A stretch of 64,000 nt of DNA from Lingula anatina. Lineage: Eukaryota; Animalia; Brachiopoda. Under the pieces are notes generated by a model. The model had not been told where the DNA came from. It worked only from the letters and a program-made list of their open reading frames with translations, and searched no databases. Positions 38,164 through 52,330 of this stretch are shown here, piece by piece. A program made the translations under genes and the position numbers. Numbering within the stretch: the first letter of the stretch is position 1; each line of letters starts with the position of its first letter. The stretch is taken from assembly GCA_051362555.1 (NCBI GenBank), contig CM120644.1:9804954-9868953 (forward strand). The letters are read 5' to 3'.

Positions 38164-41100
38164 TTAACCAGAGTTGAGAGGAGTGCCTGTCTTCTGCTTC
38201 TGTTCTGTCAAAGCTCTGGATGCATGGACCAGCACAGCAAATGTGACGCCCTGTTGAAATAAATGTGTACCAATATTAAATTACACACAACATATAATGG
38301 TATTGTATCTATCCAATTTTGTTTGAAAAACCAAAACAAAAACAAATGCTGAAGGTGCTCAGCTCTACTAGTATAATGTGGGATTTGCGGTGCATAAATA
38401 CAAAACCCAAATATTCAGATTTCTAGATAATTCCAGGACTTTCATCTCTACAACAAATAAGATCAGAGTAAACCACACATGTACCACCTGTTACCTGAAG
38501 TAGGGAATACATAAAGGAGTTTTGTTACAACTTGAGTATAAGGCTTCGTTCACATGAAAAATCTATTTTCTAAACATCTATTTTCTATTCGTGGTATCTT
38601 GTAATCACGGTCTGTGCCCTGAATACCCCACTGGGTAATTACTGGCAGCGCAAGCCAGTTACTTCCAAAGCTGTAATTAATTCTCAGCTGCGCTTGGAGT
38701 GATCACAAGATACCACGAATAGAAAATAGATTTTTAGAAAATAGATTTTTCATGTGAACGGAGTCTAACTGACCTGGTTATCAGCTGCTCTGATAAAACC
38801 CATGTTAGCAGATAACGTCAGCGCACGCAGTGTCTCCCCAGAACCAAATATCACCTGAAAAACAGAATGAGGAGGATATTTTATTTAAAAGATTCACAAG
38901 ATTCCTTTCATAACCAGAGAAAAATGACAGCTGTCTTGGTACAGTTTTGACCAATGCTGAGAGGTCTTGATCACACTGGATGACCTTGCATGTGTAAGGT
39001 CAGATGAGTACGGAGTTGTTATGAATCCACAACTGAATGGGAGCTACATGTGGCTGTTGTTCATTTCACTAAATCACATTATTTAGGATTATTCAAGATA
39101 AATCATCTGTCTATTCAATATTCAACAACATCCCCTCCTCTCCCCTTCCCCATCCATCACCTCCTTAAATTCTGAATCAACCGATAATATGCCATATATC
39201 AATAATATGGCTTTCTTTAATATTGCCTATATTTAAATGAGGCACAACCTTTCCCCTCTCTCTCTCCTTATTTTATCTAGAGATATGGCATACTCCAGGA
39301 AAATCCTATTTTTGGCCAAAACGAAGAGTTATTATGACTTTTTAAAATATTTAAATGAGACACAACATGTCTTTCCCTTTCCCCCTCCTATATATCTAGA
39401 GATATGTCTATTACCTTAGCCCTTTCTTTAATACTGCCCGTACACTTCATTAACACAACATGAGATGGAGGACAGTCGGGGACAACATGGATGTGACCCA
39501 ACAGCTGCTCTGCTCTCCTGGTCTCCGCGGGGCCTCCAAGCAAACTGACTATGCTCTGGAAATCCTTCACTGCTGACTGACAAGCATATAGGGATTTGCC
39601 TGAAAACACAAGTAAAAAAAAGGTTTTAAGCAAGGTGGTACATTATTGATAAACTGGTTCCAAATACAGTGAGGAGAAAATTTGTTCATAGTAGCTGTAC
39701 CTTTGATAAAATTTTGTCTGTTGGTGGAAAAAACATTTTATGCTCAACCTGTGTGTAACATAAGAAGTCATGCAATATTTATGAGTGTGTGAAACTTAAG
39801 CATGATTTTTACTACAGGTAAACAGCTCAATTTTTCACCTAATCACTGTTGCATTATCTATAAATTATCCCCCCACCCATTTTCTTTTTTTTTAATGTCC
39901 AAGTAAACTACCAGCTTCTGCAGCATTTGGCTAATATATCGGCTAGGCTCATACACATCTGCAGTAGTTCCATATCTAACATAAACAGAAAATGTGTAAC
40001 ACTTGCCAACCTTGCACCCCTTGGATAATTTTGAAAATGCATGCCACCTACCAAATATAAACTGATAAATCTGAGGTAAAGCTGGTGCTTGCCTCTCCTC
40101 TTCAGCCTGGGCAGTCAGTACAGCTTCCTTGAAGACCCACCCGCTGCCACCATGGGTCAGAGCTGATATCAGGGCAATCATAGCCGTCACATCCAGGTTG
40201 ACTCTCCTGATGGTGTCGGTGGATTGAGATGACCAATGCTTTAGTTGTGACACAATATCTGATTGCGTTAGGTGAGACACTGAATTGTGTTCATATTCCC
40301 TTGTAGACTGGCTGGTATCACAGTCTGTTTTAACACAATGTGTTGGCTGTGATTGCGATAGGTGGGATTCTGCATTGTGAGCACAATCATGACCAGTGGA
40401 TAATGATGCTTTATCTACTTGTGAAGAGAAAACCAATTGTTTCTCAAAGAAATCTTTGCACACTATACAGGTACAGTCAAACAGAGGACTGTTCACAAAT
40501 CCCTTGCAATTCTGGCAAGCTAAGCATCCTTCTATACATGGCATTACACTGGTAGAAGAACTGGATGTGTTAGTTGTGCCCAGTGTGCATTCTGATTGCA
40601 GTAATGTTTCAGGTGTGACAGGGAGCATACACCATAGATCTTCCTCTACAGTAATATGAACTCTTTCATACTGATTACTTTCACTTCCACTATCCAAAAT
40701 TTTATCTTCAAAGTGGCTTTGCATTAGGTGGCCATCAATTGTGGTTTTGGCACTGTGCTTGCTGAGACAAGAGGACATTCCTATGGTACCCACATCCCTT
40801 TGGGTGTGACACAAGACCATTGCATCAGTTGAGACATTGTGCTGGGAGTGACTGAGGGCCCCTATAGCCTCATCCTCTGATTCCTCTATATCCCCATACT
40901 GATCAGCTGGCACCACCTCTCCCTGTACCTCCACTCCAAGTACTGAGATCAACTCGTGTGCTATTCTGTCAGTCACTCCACCATGGAACACAAACAGAAC
41001 CCTGGGTGGTGTATAGTTCACTGGGTTTTGTTCTGCATAGTATATATAGTCCGCTGCTTGGTCCACAATGTTCCTGTCTCCAAACTGACCATCTCCTGGA

Positions 41101-41818
41101 ATACAACCAATTACATGATAATATTCCAAATATTTAATGTGAAAAGTGAAAGATAATGTGTTAGTTGAGACTACCTCATTGTAAAAGCAAATAGAACATC
41201 ATTTACTATTAATCATGATTAGAGTGCTGTACATTGATCATTACGAACACACATATTATAGATTTTCATAATTATCATCTATTCAAATAAGATTGATCTT
41301 TTGCCACTGCGTATCCATGATAAGCTGCATCAATTATATCCCTAGACTCGAAACTGCATCTGTACACTTCATTCAAAAATCATTACTAGCTACCAAGTAC
41401 AAACAAGCATACAAAATATGATCTTCCTACCTGTCCAAGTCAGGTGTAGAGCCTGTGCTTTTCTTGCTATGACCTTCACCCACTTGTTACCATGCTCACA
41501 AACTACATCAACAAGCAAACTAGTCTTGACCTTCTGCATGGCCATGTCTTTGTGGTTGTCTTTGACCTTTATATAGGCATTTCCCTCTGCCATGTCTTCA
41601 CTATCTAATCTGCCTTTCTTATCTGAATAACCCATGACCTGTGGACTGCCCTTGGGTTCTGAATCGTCCTTGACCTTTCCAATGTCCTTGACCTTGAGGT
41701 GAAAAGGCTGAAGGACATGTGTGACTGCTGGTAAAGTCTCAGCTGCAGTAAGTACTCCCTGGAGATGTGACAGGTTGCTGCACTTCAGCTGATTGGCCTT
41801 TATGGGGCTTCCTCTTAT
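38164..41818 (-). CDS. C7orf25: UPF0415 / C7orf25 homolog (DUF1308 family), 5'-incomplete
   Basis: Exons 41818-41431, 41095-40052, 39599-39415, 38854-38774 and 38250-38164. Family motifs [113 protein letters not shown]. The first coding exon was not located in the window. Confidence 0.9.
38542..38765. mobile_element. PIF/Harbinger-type MITE with TAA TSD
   Basis: TAA|GGCTTCGTTCACATGAAAAATCTATTTTCTAAA ... TTTAGAAAATAGATTTTTCATGTGAACGGAGTC|TAA; inverted repeats of about 65 bp. Confidence 0.88.
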
Positions 41819-44800
41819 CTGAATAATAGAAGTGACGGGTCTTTGAAATCAGTTACACTTTTATTGATTCCTATCTTCTTAATGTTGTTTGCCTTGAATT
41901 TTATTCACGTTGGCGGGGATTTCAATTTGGCTGACGTACTCCAGCTGTTTACCTGAAACAAATCTACACCTACGAGAAGAAATAAATCAAGAGGACATGA
42001 TGATTCTCCTTGGTAGCCTCGATCAATAGCAATAAACGATGGTGAGAATACACATGGCTTTTTTTTTTTTTTTTTTGCTGGTGTTGACCTCAATTCCAAT
42101 CGACTGCCAGCCAGTGGGATTGTGTAGCAATGGTTTGATTTCCATTTTTGCCATTCTGGCTATTAAAGTAATGGGTGCAGATTCATGGAATTTGATTCCA
42201 ATTTTCCCTCCCACATGAAAATTACCACAGCAGCTGCTGTATTTTACAGTAGAGGAGTTATTATTGGTACATGTACAATATCTGTATGTGTAAGATTTTT
42301 ACACATTATATAATTGGTTTTAAATAAGTAGTCCCTGCCAGAGCCACATATCCCCATGGAGTATAGTATTTAAGTCCCAGTAACAACTTAATTAGCTTCC
42401 ATCTATCCTAATGGCCATCACATAAACTATGGTACTCAGTGAAAAAGACTAGACTGGGCTAAAACAATTAATGGTTCTAATTATATACTGCAATATACAA
42501 ATATTATTACCCTGTTCTGAGACCTTCTTTTAATTCAACACACATATCTTTGGTCAAAGAAGTGCCTTTTTGTACTTTTTGGTTTTCCCACCAAAGGTCA
42601 CTTAAAATTGCATAAAACGGGATATTTTTTATAATCATCAGATTATGAGTCACAAGGTCATGGGGGGGGGGGGGGGGGCAAAAATGTTTTTCTTTTGCTG
42701 ATCTCAAGGAGAGCAACTGAAAAAGGGTTAATTAACTTTTTAATCATGGCAAGCTTTTTTCTCAATAAAAATTCTTACCAAGCAGAGAATACCACATATT
42801 AATATGTCAATATTTCACCACTGAATGCCTCACTTTATCATTACACAAAATGCTGCTATCATGTAACATTCCAGGGATAAGCTCATTTCACCGTTCACTG
42901 ATTCATAATCATCCCATAATCGACTAGAATAGAATATTTTATTTGGTCGGCATATAATGCGTGTTTTTCTCTTAGAGGGCCTCAACTCCATTCCTGGATT
43001 GCATGGCCTTGTTGTTCACATTCACAGACTTTGTGGTAATGGCGGCACACCGCAACATCTGTAAAACACATTGTTCTGAAATTGGCTATCGAGAGAATGC
43101 ACAATTCTCACAGTCAGGTAAGGAAACAGTATATGATGCTACTGTGCATAATTGGGAGTGATTTTTTTCCAGGCGAAAAATACATGGAGAAAACATCTGG
43201 GAATTTACTTATCACAATATTCATTTAATCTATATACTCAAACTGTATCAGCTCAACCGTTAATTTAGTTTTATGTAAAATGTACCAAATACCTTACTGT
43301 TACAGTGCATAATTTAAATCCTAAACAATACAGTATGGCATCAATGCGTGTAAATTTAAGGTTAGTAACCCGCAATTCTTGGATCTAAATCCTGAAGGTA
43401 AAATGATCCAGAGTAATTAGAAAACAACAAGCTTCACTGTAAATTAATCAGCTTTACAAAAGAACTTCCCACTCTAAATGCTAGATGGGCTTGCCTATAC
43501 TTAGGTGTGTGGATCAAGCTCAATAATTTACTGTTAAAATTATCAGTCGTTCTTAGCAATTAGCTATGAGTAGTTCAGTTAGACAGGCCCTACTACTTGT
43601 ACACATACTAGTTCACACATATATACCTTAGTGGAATATTAGATTTGATTTTTGAAAGACTAAAAGGTGTGTGCAAGGGTTGGTTATCTTCCTGCATTTT
43701 CAAAGATAATTGAATGAATGTTAAAGTACAATCCACCAAATTTACATCTGACTTTTGAAGGACTTGACTGTTTTTAAAAAGACATGCCACGGGTGTCAAC
43801 CAATCTGTCAATCGATACTGTTGATTTCTAAGTTGGTTTTTGAAATTGTATCACTATATTAATTTAAGTTTTTAAGTAAATTTGGTAGAAAATCAATGTG
43901 TTTAACTATAAATATTAAGTATTTTCATTTGAAAGTGTTCCATAACTTTGTCTAATTTTCTGTGTAAATTAATTTCCTCCAAATAAGCTTCACAAGAGAA
44001 GTTTAATACAAGGCACAAACAACAGAATGTGCTACATAAAAGAGACCACCTCAAATTTAAAGCATAAAAATAATTTTGTTGGAAATTTCACCTCTTTTCT
44101 TTTTAAATACCCACAGTGCACCATGCCCACTTGCTAAATTACTATATATTACAAACTCATTTTAAAGTTATACTACATTTCTAAATTTTCAGTAACTTAA
44201 GAAATGAAGATGGTGAATTTCAGTTGTAGTTGTTAAAAGAGAACTAAATTTAGAACTTTAAAACAAGGTCAGATTATAGAAGACCATTCTTTTCTTTGAA
44301 TTATAGACTGAAATTGCCTTGATAGTAAATAAGGGAAATTGTTTTCATTTCCAGGAAATAATCTTTATTTTTTAGTCACTGATGTAATGAAGATGGGAAA
44401 ATTACACTTGCAGAAAAAATTTAGAACTTGCAATCAAGTTTATACATGTAAGATCTCAATTTACTGAACAGTTTTGGATTGAAATTACAAGTACCTAAAA
44501 AGTGATTCAGTGAAAATTGTAGAAATTTCCAGGAAATAATTTTTGGCCAGTTTAGTCAGGTCTGGCATGCATTGTATGCTTTTTAAATAGAACTGCAGGC
44601 AGTATTCCTGTGACCCTGGATATACATCTTTATTATTACAACACAAATCTTCTGTAGTAGATTGGGCTGAAAATGATATCAACTTTCATCAGAAAAGAAA
44701 TGACATAACCATTGTGGAAATAGGTTGGTGGTGACGTCTTCATGTAAATATATATGTCCTTGATGAGCAACATAATGAAGAACTAGATTAAAAAGGATCA

Positions 44801-45328
44801 GAAATAACAGCTTCTGTTCATAATTAGAAGAGCCAGGGCTAAGGTGATTAGTGGAGTACGATTTCATGTCTGAAATAAAGCTCAGGCACATGCACAAACA
44901 AGATGCATGGCTGTATTCTTACATTAGACAGGGGTGGACAGAAGCTGCCTTCTGGGTCCTACATGTACAGAAGACGGTCAGAATTTTTCAAGTTTACATA
45001 ATTTTTTCTGTTGGAAGACAGTCAAAAAAAGAGGATGAATCAACAAAGATAATTTGAAAGTATATCAGAAAATACTTCTACATCTGCCTCTGTTCAAACT
45101 CAAACAACTGTCCATGCAAGTGGTAGAAATTATTTTAGATAATAAAGGGAGACTGGGATTCACTTGAAATTGCAACCCCTAATTCCTTCCTTCCCTCCTG
45201 GGTAACTGTGGATCTCTAACATTTCATTGAAAGTGATGGAGAGATATATTAGATACAATGGCCACTAACATACCAACACCAATGAAAGCATAGCCAATAT
45301 TTGGCTGAGGTAAAGAACAGTGTCTAGA

Positions 45329-45777
45329 GCACCTCCGCCAAGGAGGTTATGTTTTCACCCCTGTTTGTCTGTTTGTCATCAACATAACCCAAAAAGTTAC
45401 GGACCAATTTTGATGAAATTATAGGAACTGTCAGAAGTGCGCCAAGGAAGAGATGGTGATCTGGACCAATAATCAATCAATAATCAATAATCAAAAATCA
45501 ATCATCAACATAACTCAAGAAGTTATGGACCGATTTTGATGAAATTTTCAGGGTAGGTCAGAAATGGGTAAATGTAGAAGTGATTAGTTTTTGGTGGTGA
45601 TCTGGATCAATAATCAAACAATAATAAATAATCAAAAATAAATTGATGAAATTTTCAGGAACTGTCAGAAGTGGGCCAAAATACAGATGATTTGGTGGTG
45701 ATCCGGATCAATAATCCATCAATAATGATTAAAAATTGCTGCCTTGGTGGAGGCGCTCTGGGAGTGCTTTTCTAGTT
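45329..45777. mobile_element. Pearl/HINE (Helentron-associated)-like non-autonomous element with internal ~120-bp repeats
   Basis: Subterminal IR CCTCCGCCAAGG / CCTTGGTGGAGG, tgtttgtctg microsatellite, repeated gatgaaatt...tcagaa...ggtgatctgga units, ends ctagtt. Confidence 0.7.
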
Positions 45778-45804
45778 ATGATATAATATAATATGCCTAA
45801 ACAC

Positions 45805-46237
45805 TACCTTCTACCAGGGCCATAGATTGATTTTTCACAAGATATCCACAGATATTTCTTAAGATAAATGGTCATTTGGTTCTCTGTTAGCAAGTAAGGA
45901 AATCTCAAGGATGACAACATGGCTGGTAATTTTTTTGCATGACTGTTCATGCAATGCCACTTAACAGGCCCAAGTCAAGTCCCTTGACAGCAATCAAGAC
46001 AGTTAATTGCTCTGATATTAATCACATACTCTTTTGTGACAGATAAAGATAGCCCCTTCTGAATAGCTTGTTACTTCAGATTGGAGTTAACTGAGGAATC
46101 TCCTGTAGTAGATCCCCACAGAACAGGTACAATACCATCTGCGCATTTGCAGATTTAATTGCTTCCAACTGGCCAAAAGTTACAGGGTGCAAATATGGAA
46201 AATGTGCCTATAATATCAGCCACCCTGGTAGAGGGTA
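45805..46237. mobile_element. Short member of the TACCCTCTACCAGGG-TIR family with 9-bp TSD
   Basis: CCTAAACAC|TACCTTCTACCAGGG ... CCCTGGTAGAGGGTA|CCTGAACAC; body homologous in reverse orientation to about 12550-12854. Confidence 0.82.
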
Positions 46238-46861
46238 CCTGAACACTGCCTTAAACACAAAAAAGTAGTAAAAGTATAAATATGATACACTCCATTGAAA
46301 AGCCTTAAGTTTCTTCCAATGGTCATGGGTAAAAGATTTATCAGGCAGTTAACTAAGATAGGATTGCAGCAGCTCTCTCAGCAGCAGCTGCAGGAATGAC
46401 TTTTCTATTTTACCAACTATTATTAACGAATTAGTCATTTGTGATCTCAAACCTTGGTTTTGTTATTGCCAATGCCAAATTAAGGACTCGAACTGCAATT
46501 TTATGGCGCAAACCATTGATCCAATTACTTAACTGTTAGGTACATTCTATATGTGTTGGAAATTGTCAAAGGTACACTACTGCTATTTTGAAAATAGTTT
46601 AATTATGAGGCCTGTATAATTTTATTGCTTTATTTGCGTATGACACCAATAATTCTGAAGGGTGAATTTTAATTTGCTGTTGCTAAAACCAGAACATTTA
46701 TAATAGGAAGCAACTTTCTAGAGACTTTATTTCAGAGCCAGAAGCTGTTCCTGCAGAGCAGAGCTCATAATCAGCACGAACAATGCCTGTTAAACTAGCA
46801 GTTAAAGCTTCAGTTTAGCAATTAATTGCAGATTTCATACAGGGAAAAGGCACTAGAAAAA

Positions 46862-47068
46862 GGCCACATTCACAATAATTTAATCTGCGGACTAACAGAT
46901 TAGTAGATCAAATATGGCCAACCCAATATTGAAAGCTCGCTGCAAATCCCCTAATAAACACTGAATAGATTCCCCACAGGAATTAGACAGCAAGCTTTCA
47001 AGTGGGTTGGCCATATTTGATCCATGGGTCTGTTAATCTGCGGATCACCTTTGGTTGTGAATGTAGCC
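46862..47068. mobile_element. Degenerate Harbinger-like MITE
   Basis: GGCCACATTCACAA / TTGTGAATGTAGCC termini plus internal IR GATCAAATATGGCCAACCCA / TGGGTTGGCCATATTTGATC; AAA flanks. Confidence 0.7.
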
Positions 47069-47961
47069 AAAGATAGAGTAGTATTAGCAAAGGCTAATGA
47101 GGTAATATGTCTGTGAATGTGGCATGATCAATGAATCTGGTAGAACAAAATGTTTTGTGACTGCCATAAATTTTGAATCCAGGGTCCACATCGCAATTAT
47201 CACTATGGTCACCTGTTAGCACCTGGAGTGCTTAGCCAATTAATGACACCTTCACTTAACACAATGTCTTTTACTATTATAGTTCATTTTTTTCTAATTT
47301 TCAAGGCACCATTACAGGTAACTATGTAAATCATATTCAGGACTACATGTAGCTGTATCCATCAATCCCAAAGGGCGGGGGGAGGGGGGTCTTTTAATCT
47401 CCACCTCCCCCCCCCCCTTTTTTTTTTTTTTTTTTTGAAAAAGTGGACTTTTTCAGCCCCTTAGTTGAGCTGTAACTCCAGAAAATTAAGGCACTGAACC
47501 TTAATGAAATTTTCAGTGGACATATTTTTACCCTTTCATGTCACTAAAAATTTGAAATATTTGCTTTTTAAGATGGCATCTCCAGTTTCATCCTTGTCAC
47601 TCAACAGACAAGAATTTATGAATTCATGTTAGAACCCTTTCACAAGAATCCTTGTACATTTTCTTGTGATGCAGGACTGACAGCCTTGTATTAGGATGGC
47701 TTTCTTTTGTAATTAAGTCCATATAATTTGTGAAAATGTGAACTTAAGGTCCTTGTACTGTAACGGTAATCTATACCACACATTAGCTGTCAATAATGAA
47801 AATGAATAGACCTCTTTGTCACTGGTCTTCTTTTTTGTTGAAACAAATGGATAAAGAGATTTTGTAGGATATATAAGAAGATGATGATGCCAAAGTCTGT
47901 AAGCAGAAGTGTCAGTTTGATCATCTTACTGTCATAATGGCAGTTTACCCTTTATCTGTTA

Positions 47962-48083
<122 letters not shown>

Positions 48084-49579
48084 GGAAGACTTAAGTAATC
48101 ACCAGCATCATAAAAAAACTACTTGTAATTTTAAAAATATATATATAAATAAAAACAAACAATTTAATGCCCCTGGCAGTCCTTAGTTCTGACCGAGTTT
48201 ACCAGTGGCCTCTGTGGCAATAATATGCATGCTGTCACCACATCATGGCTGAAAGCTCTCCACAGGGAAATTACGGCACACAGTCATGGATACCATGTGG
48301 GGAAGTTCATTTCCTTTCCTTGCACAACCAATGATTAAAGATGCATTTAAACCAGGAGTTTCATATACTTGTAGGTATTTAGAGAATATAGAAATTATGT
48401 TTGAAATAGTGTGTCTTTAATATTTATCGTCATACTGATAAGATGTTTTAATCAAAGTGTGATTTTAGCCTATATTTTTTTTTTTTTTTTGTCTTTTTTC
48501 TTTTTCTTTTCATGGCCAGGTCATCAGTACAGCTTTTGTTCAGTCAATTTATTAATACCTTTTACATTAATGCCTTTCACCAATTCATTAATACCTACAT
48601 GTGCTGTAACTAGGACAGAGAGAGACAGAGCAAACTTCATTTGAAAAAATTTACAGAGCAAATCAGCAAAATAAAAATGAGCATCTTACTTAGATGTACC
48701 GGTAGTTAAATTCCCCCATAATCACAAGAATGCAAAAATTACTAGTACTTTATCAAAACATGGGTTAGTACGGAGTAGCCTTCTGATTCATTAGAGCATA
48801 GCCATCTCCTCCCATGAAGTCGCATTTATCTCTGTTCTCAGTTCTTTCTACAGGTTAATTGCCTCATTAATTTATATCATGCCTCGTGCAAGTTTGGGGA
48901 TGTACTCAAATTTTTCCTCTTGAAATATATTTACTTGTCAAGTTGGCATTTCAATAGGGGTGGTTCTCATGGACCTTGTAGATATTTTTCCTTTAAATTT
49001 GGTGATGTGAGGGTGGACAGACTCTTTATATGGAGTCCATAGTTACACTTCTGATATATATATATAAGTAATAAGTAATAAGTATAAGTAATCTTCAAGT
49101 AAAGTGAGTAAAATGACCATTGTTATGCTTAAAAAATTAACTTAACAAAACTTTTATTACCATATCTAACATCCTTGAAAATGAGAAAATTCAATATCTT
49201 ATTAACAACATTTTCTATTTTTCTCAGCCAAAAAGTGACAGAACTATTTAAGTTGGCAGCCATGCCTACTGGCATATGACACTGGATCTTAAACTTGACT
49301 TGCAAAACAAAAATATTCAAATATTCCAGGAAAAGCTTTCTGTGGTAACACGCATGCTGTCGATACCTCATGGAGGAAAAGCATCCTTTGGGAAATTATA
49401 AGTTAAAACCCTATCAAATTGAGTGCAAATAAAAGACAAGGCCAGCATGTAGGATGTACGTGTGATGCAAGTTAATACCCCCCTCTCCTCCCCCCCCCCC
49501 CCCGCCCCCCCAAGGTGTGTGTCTGTATAGTTAGGAATGATGATAACACAACCTCTTACCACATAAAATGTAATATGAA

Positions 49580-49582
49580 AAA

Positions 49583-49629
<47 letters not shown>
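49580..49629. repeat. (AAAT)n microsatellite
   Basis: Directly visible. Confidence 0.9.
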
Positions 49630-50343
49630 AACTTAGGGAATAAAATCAAACAATAAATAATACAAAAATTTGATTCTAGATCTTAGTTCATCAATGTCCT
49701 CTTTCACTTTCTCTCTCCATTTTTTTTCTGTCTCTCTATTCCATCATTCCCATCTCCATTCTTTCTTATTCTTCTCTCTCTCTCTCTCTTTTCCCTCTCT
49801 CTCTTTAAGCTTCCTTGTTTTTCTAATTGCTACAATGTCATATAAACTACATGGTTTATAGTAAAGATATGCACTGATTCTAAAAACCAGAAAAAAGAAC
49901 ATAAAAACTCTGACATGATCTTATACAGTATAGGTAGTGACACAAATCAAAACAAATTAACCAATGTGTTACGAATGCTTGTCAAAACCCGTCTCGTACT
50001 CCTGTATCTATCATAATCCCCTTTAACACCTTTGAACAATTAACAAAAAAAAGAGAAAATATATACATCACTTCTACCCTGCAAGTGTACATAACTCAAG
50101 GAGAACATGCATAATAACTTAAAGGCATTAAAGGTAGGATATGTTTGATGAAGCAGTGAGAGTTTGACTGGGCAAATACAGCTGCTTACTGCTGGTAATG
50201 TTAATTTGATTTTTTTTTTTTTTTTTTTTTTACGCTGCCAACCTCAGGTCTACATAAGTTTGTATCATTTCTCGTTCTCGAGCTACGCGGACAATGCCTC
50301 TAGAGTCTTATATTGGATGAGTTACTAGATGGCACAACTATCA

Positions 50344-50633
50344 GTTGCCATGGCAACATTCTCAGACAATTGGGAGAGTGAGACTGCTTTGACAGGAGAA
50401 GTATTTCATTTCTGATGATAGCGAGTTGGACAATAAGAAGCACAAAGTATGTGCGTCATGCACGCATGTGCGCATGTTTGTATGAGTGAGCGTTTGAATG
50501 TATTATGTAATTATGACAGAGACAGAGATAAACTAGATTAAACATAATCCAGCATTAATACAACAGATGACGTGAAGTGTTTGAGCTTAATTGCATATCA
50601 TCCAGGCTTTGTTGACATGGTTGTCATGGCAAC
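50344..50633. promoter_or_regulatory. Pair of RFX X-box motifs
   Basis: GTTGCCATGGCAAC (50344-50357) and GTTGTCATGGCAAC (50620-50633). Confidence 0.35.
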
Positions 50634-51774
50634 ATGAAATAAATGTGAAGAATAATGAGTCTAAATGATCGCAGCTTGTTCTGTGAAATATACATTTCCA
50701 CTGTAGCTGCATTCCCAGAAATTTCAAAGAAGATTAGAAAGAACAAGACAAATCAGATGACAGATACATTTGTATACTGGGCAATTGTTCCTATTCTAAA
50801 TCAAAAGGTAAAGTACACACAGAGATGTAAATTTATAACTGGCAAGATTTTGTTGACTTGAACATGAAGTGTTTAGATTGAAACTGGATTGCTTATATTG
50901 AAAATAATATTAAAATACCAGCCCAAAACAGAAAACAGGGGCAGGTAAGTGCAGGTAAGTACCTGTTATGCTGAACAAATTGACTTTTTTGACAATCTTA
51001 AAATCTTGTTTGCTTGAAGTGTTTTGAATGGGTTAAAAATGAAAAGTTGAGATAGTCTTGGAATTATAAAGAATTTCTGTAGTAGTTTTAGTAAAGTAAA
51101 AGTAAGGTCTAGTTCTTAATATGCATGTATGTATACTGAACTACCGGTACATCTCAATGCAGCATACAATAATACCTGGCATTTTTTAAAGATTTCATTT
51201 ATGTGTGTGTGTGTGTGTGTGTGTGTGAGTGTGTGTGTGTGTGTGTATGCGCGCGCCAGGAAATGGAAAATGCTGGATGTAGAAATTCTCACCTCCCCAG
51301 CATAGGAATGATGCAGCCCAGCTAGCTGCCATATGAGACGATAATATAGCAGCAATATCTCACACACCCATATCAGTTCTTCCCCTGCTTTAAACCCAAA
51401 TTACTGAGTGTCGCGCCAGGAGACAGCAGCTAGGTATCCCCATTTATGAAGGCCATCCTACTGAATTGGCATCAATTCAGACATTGAGTGAAAAACAGAT
51501 TCAAATGTCAACAGATTCATATCCGGCCCTGTGTCCACTCTTTGGTCAGTTATCAGGATAAATGGTCAATTAGTCAGCTTAATTCTCAACAAAGATAACG
51601 ACAAAATCACTTTGTGTGTTTCATTATTTCCCACCACTAGATGCTACTCTCTCAATCATGATGAACTCTAAAGGCCTTTTTCATCTTCCCCTGGGGAAAT
51701 TGAACAGTGGGAAAGTGAGTCCTTGCTGTGTTGAAATATTTGTAGCGATACTAAGAACTGTGCCAGGGTTTATG

Positions 51775-52330
51775 TGCTGTGTGTAAGTCCCACTGCTATA
51801 AAAAAGCAATATCGACACTCTGAATTTTATAAGTTCCTAACAGACCTGTTAGAATGAAAAATATGCGTAGACAACATCGGTAGAGCTGGAAAGAAAGGGA
51901 AGCTAGGAAGATTTGGGCCAAAAACAGGGCACTGGGTTTGCAAAGAACCTTTCGTAGGCAGAAAGAAAACCTAAATCACTAGCAGACTAAGGATATTTAA
52001 ATTAAAACCAAAAAAAGGTCAGTTAATGGGGGAAGGGGGGGGCTTTGGCAAAACAGCCTTTGCATGTTAGTGAAAATGAAATGTCTAAAAATGCAAAAGG
52101 AGATGTCAGAAGTCGACCATTCCTACTGTATGCAGTATTCAGACCCTCATGAATTGCTAAAATCTGTGAATGAAAAAACCAGGGCTGTTCAGTTTTGTAC
52201 AGGGTTTACTATTTACCAGGAATTCAAGAACTTTCATGACTACTCGTAACCAGGTATTACCCACATGTACTATTGGGGTTCAAATTACAAAGACAGCAAC
52301 ACACGAAGAGGAAAATACACCCAGCTCAGA
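51775..52330 (+). pseudogene. Possible decayed THAP/Harbinger-type transposase fragment
   Basis: Fragments LNFYKF, VDHSYC and VQFCTGFTIYQEFKNFHDY resemble motifs of THAP-Harbinger proteins; interrupted by stops and frameshifts. Confidence 0.35.
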
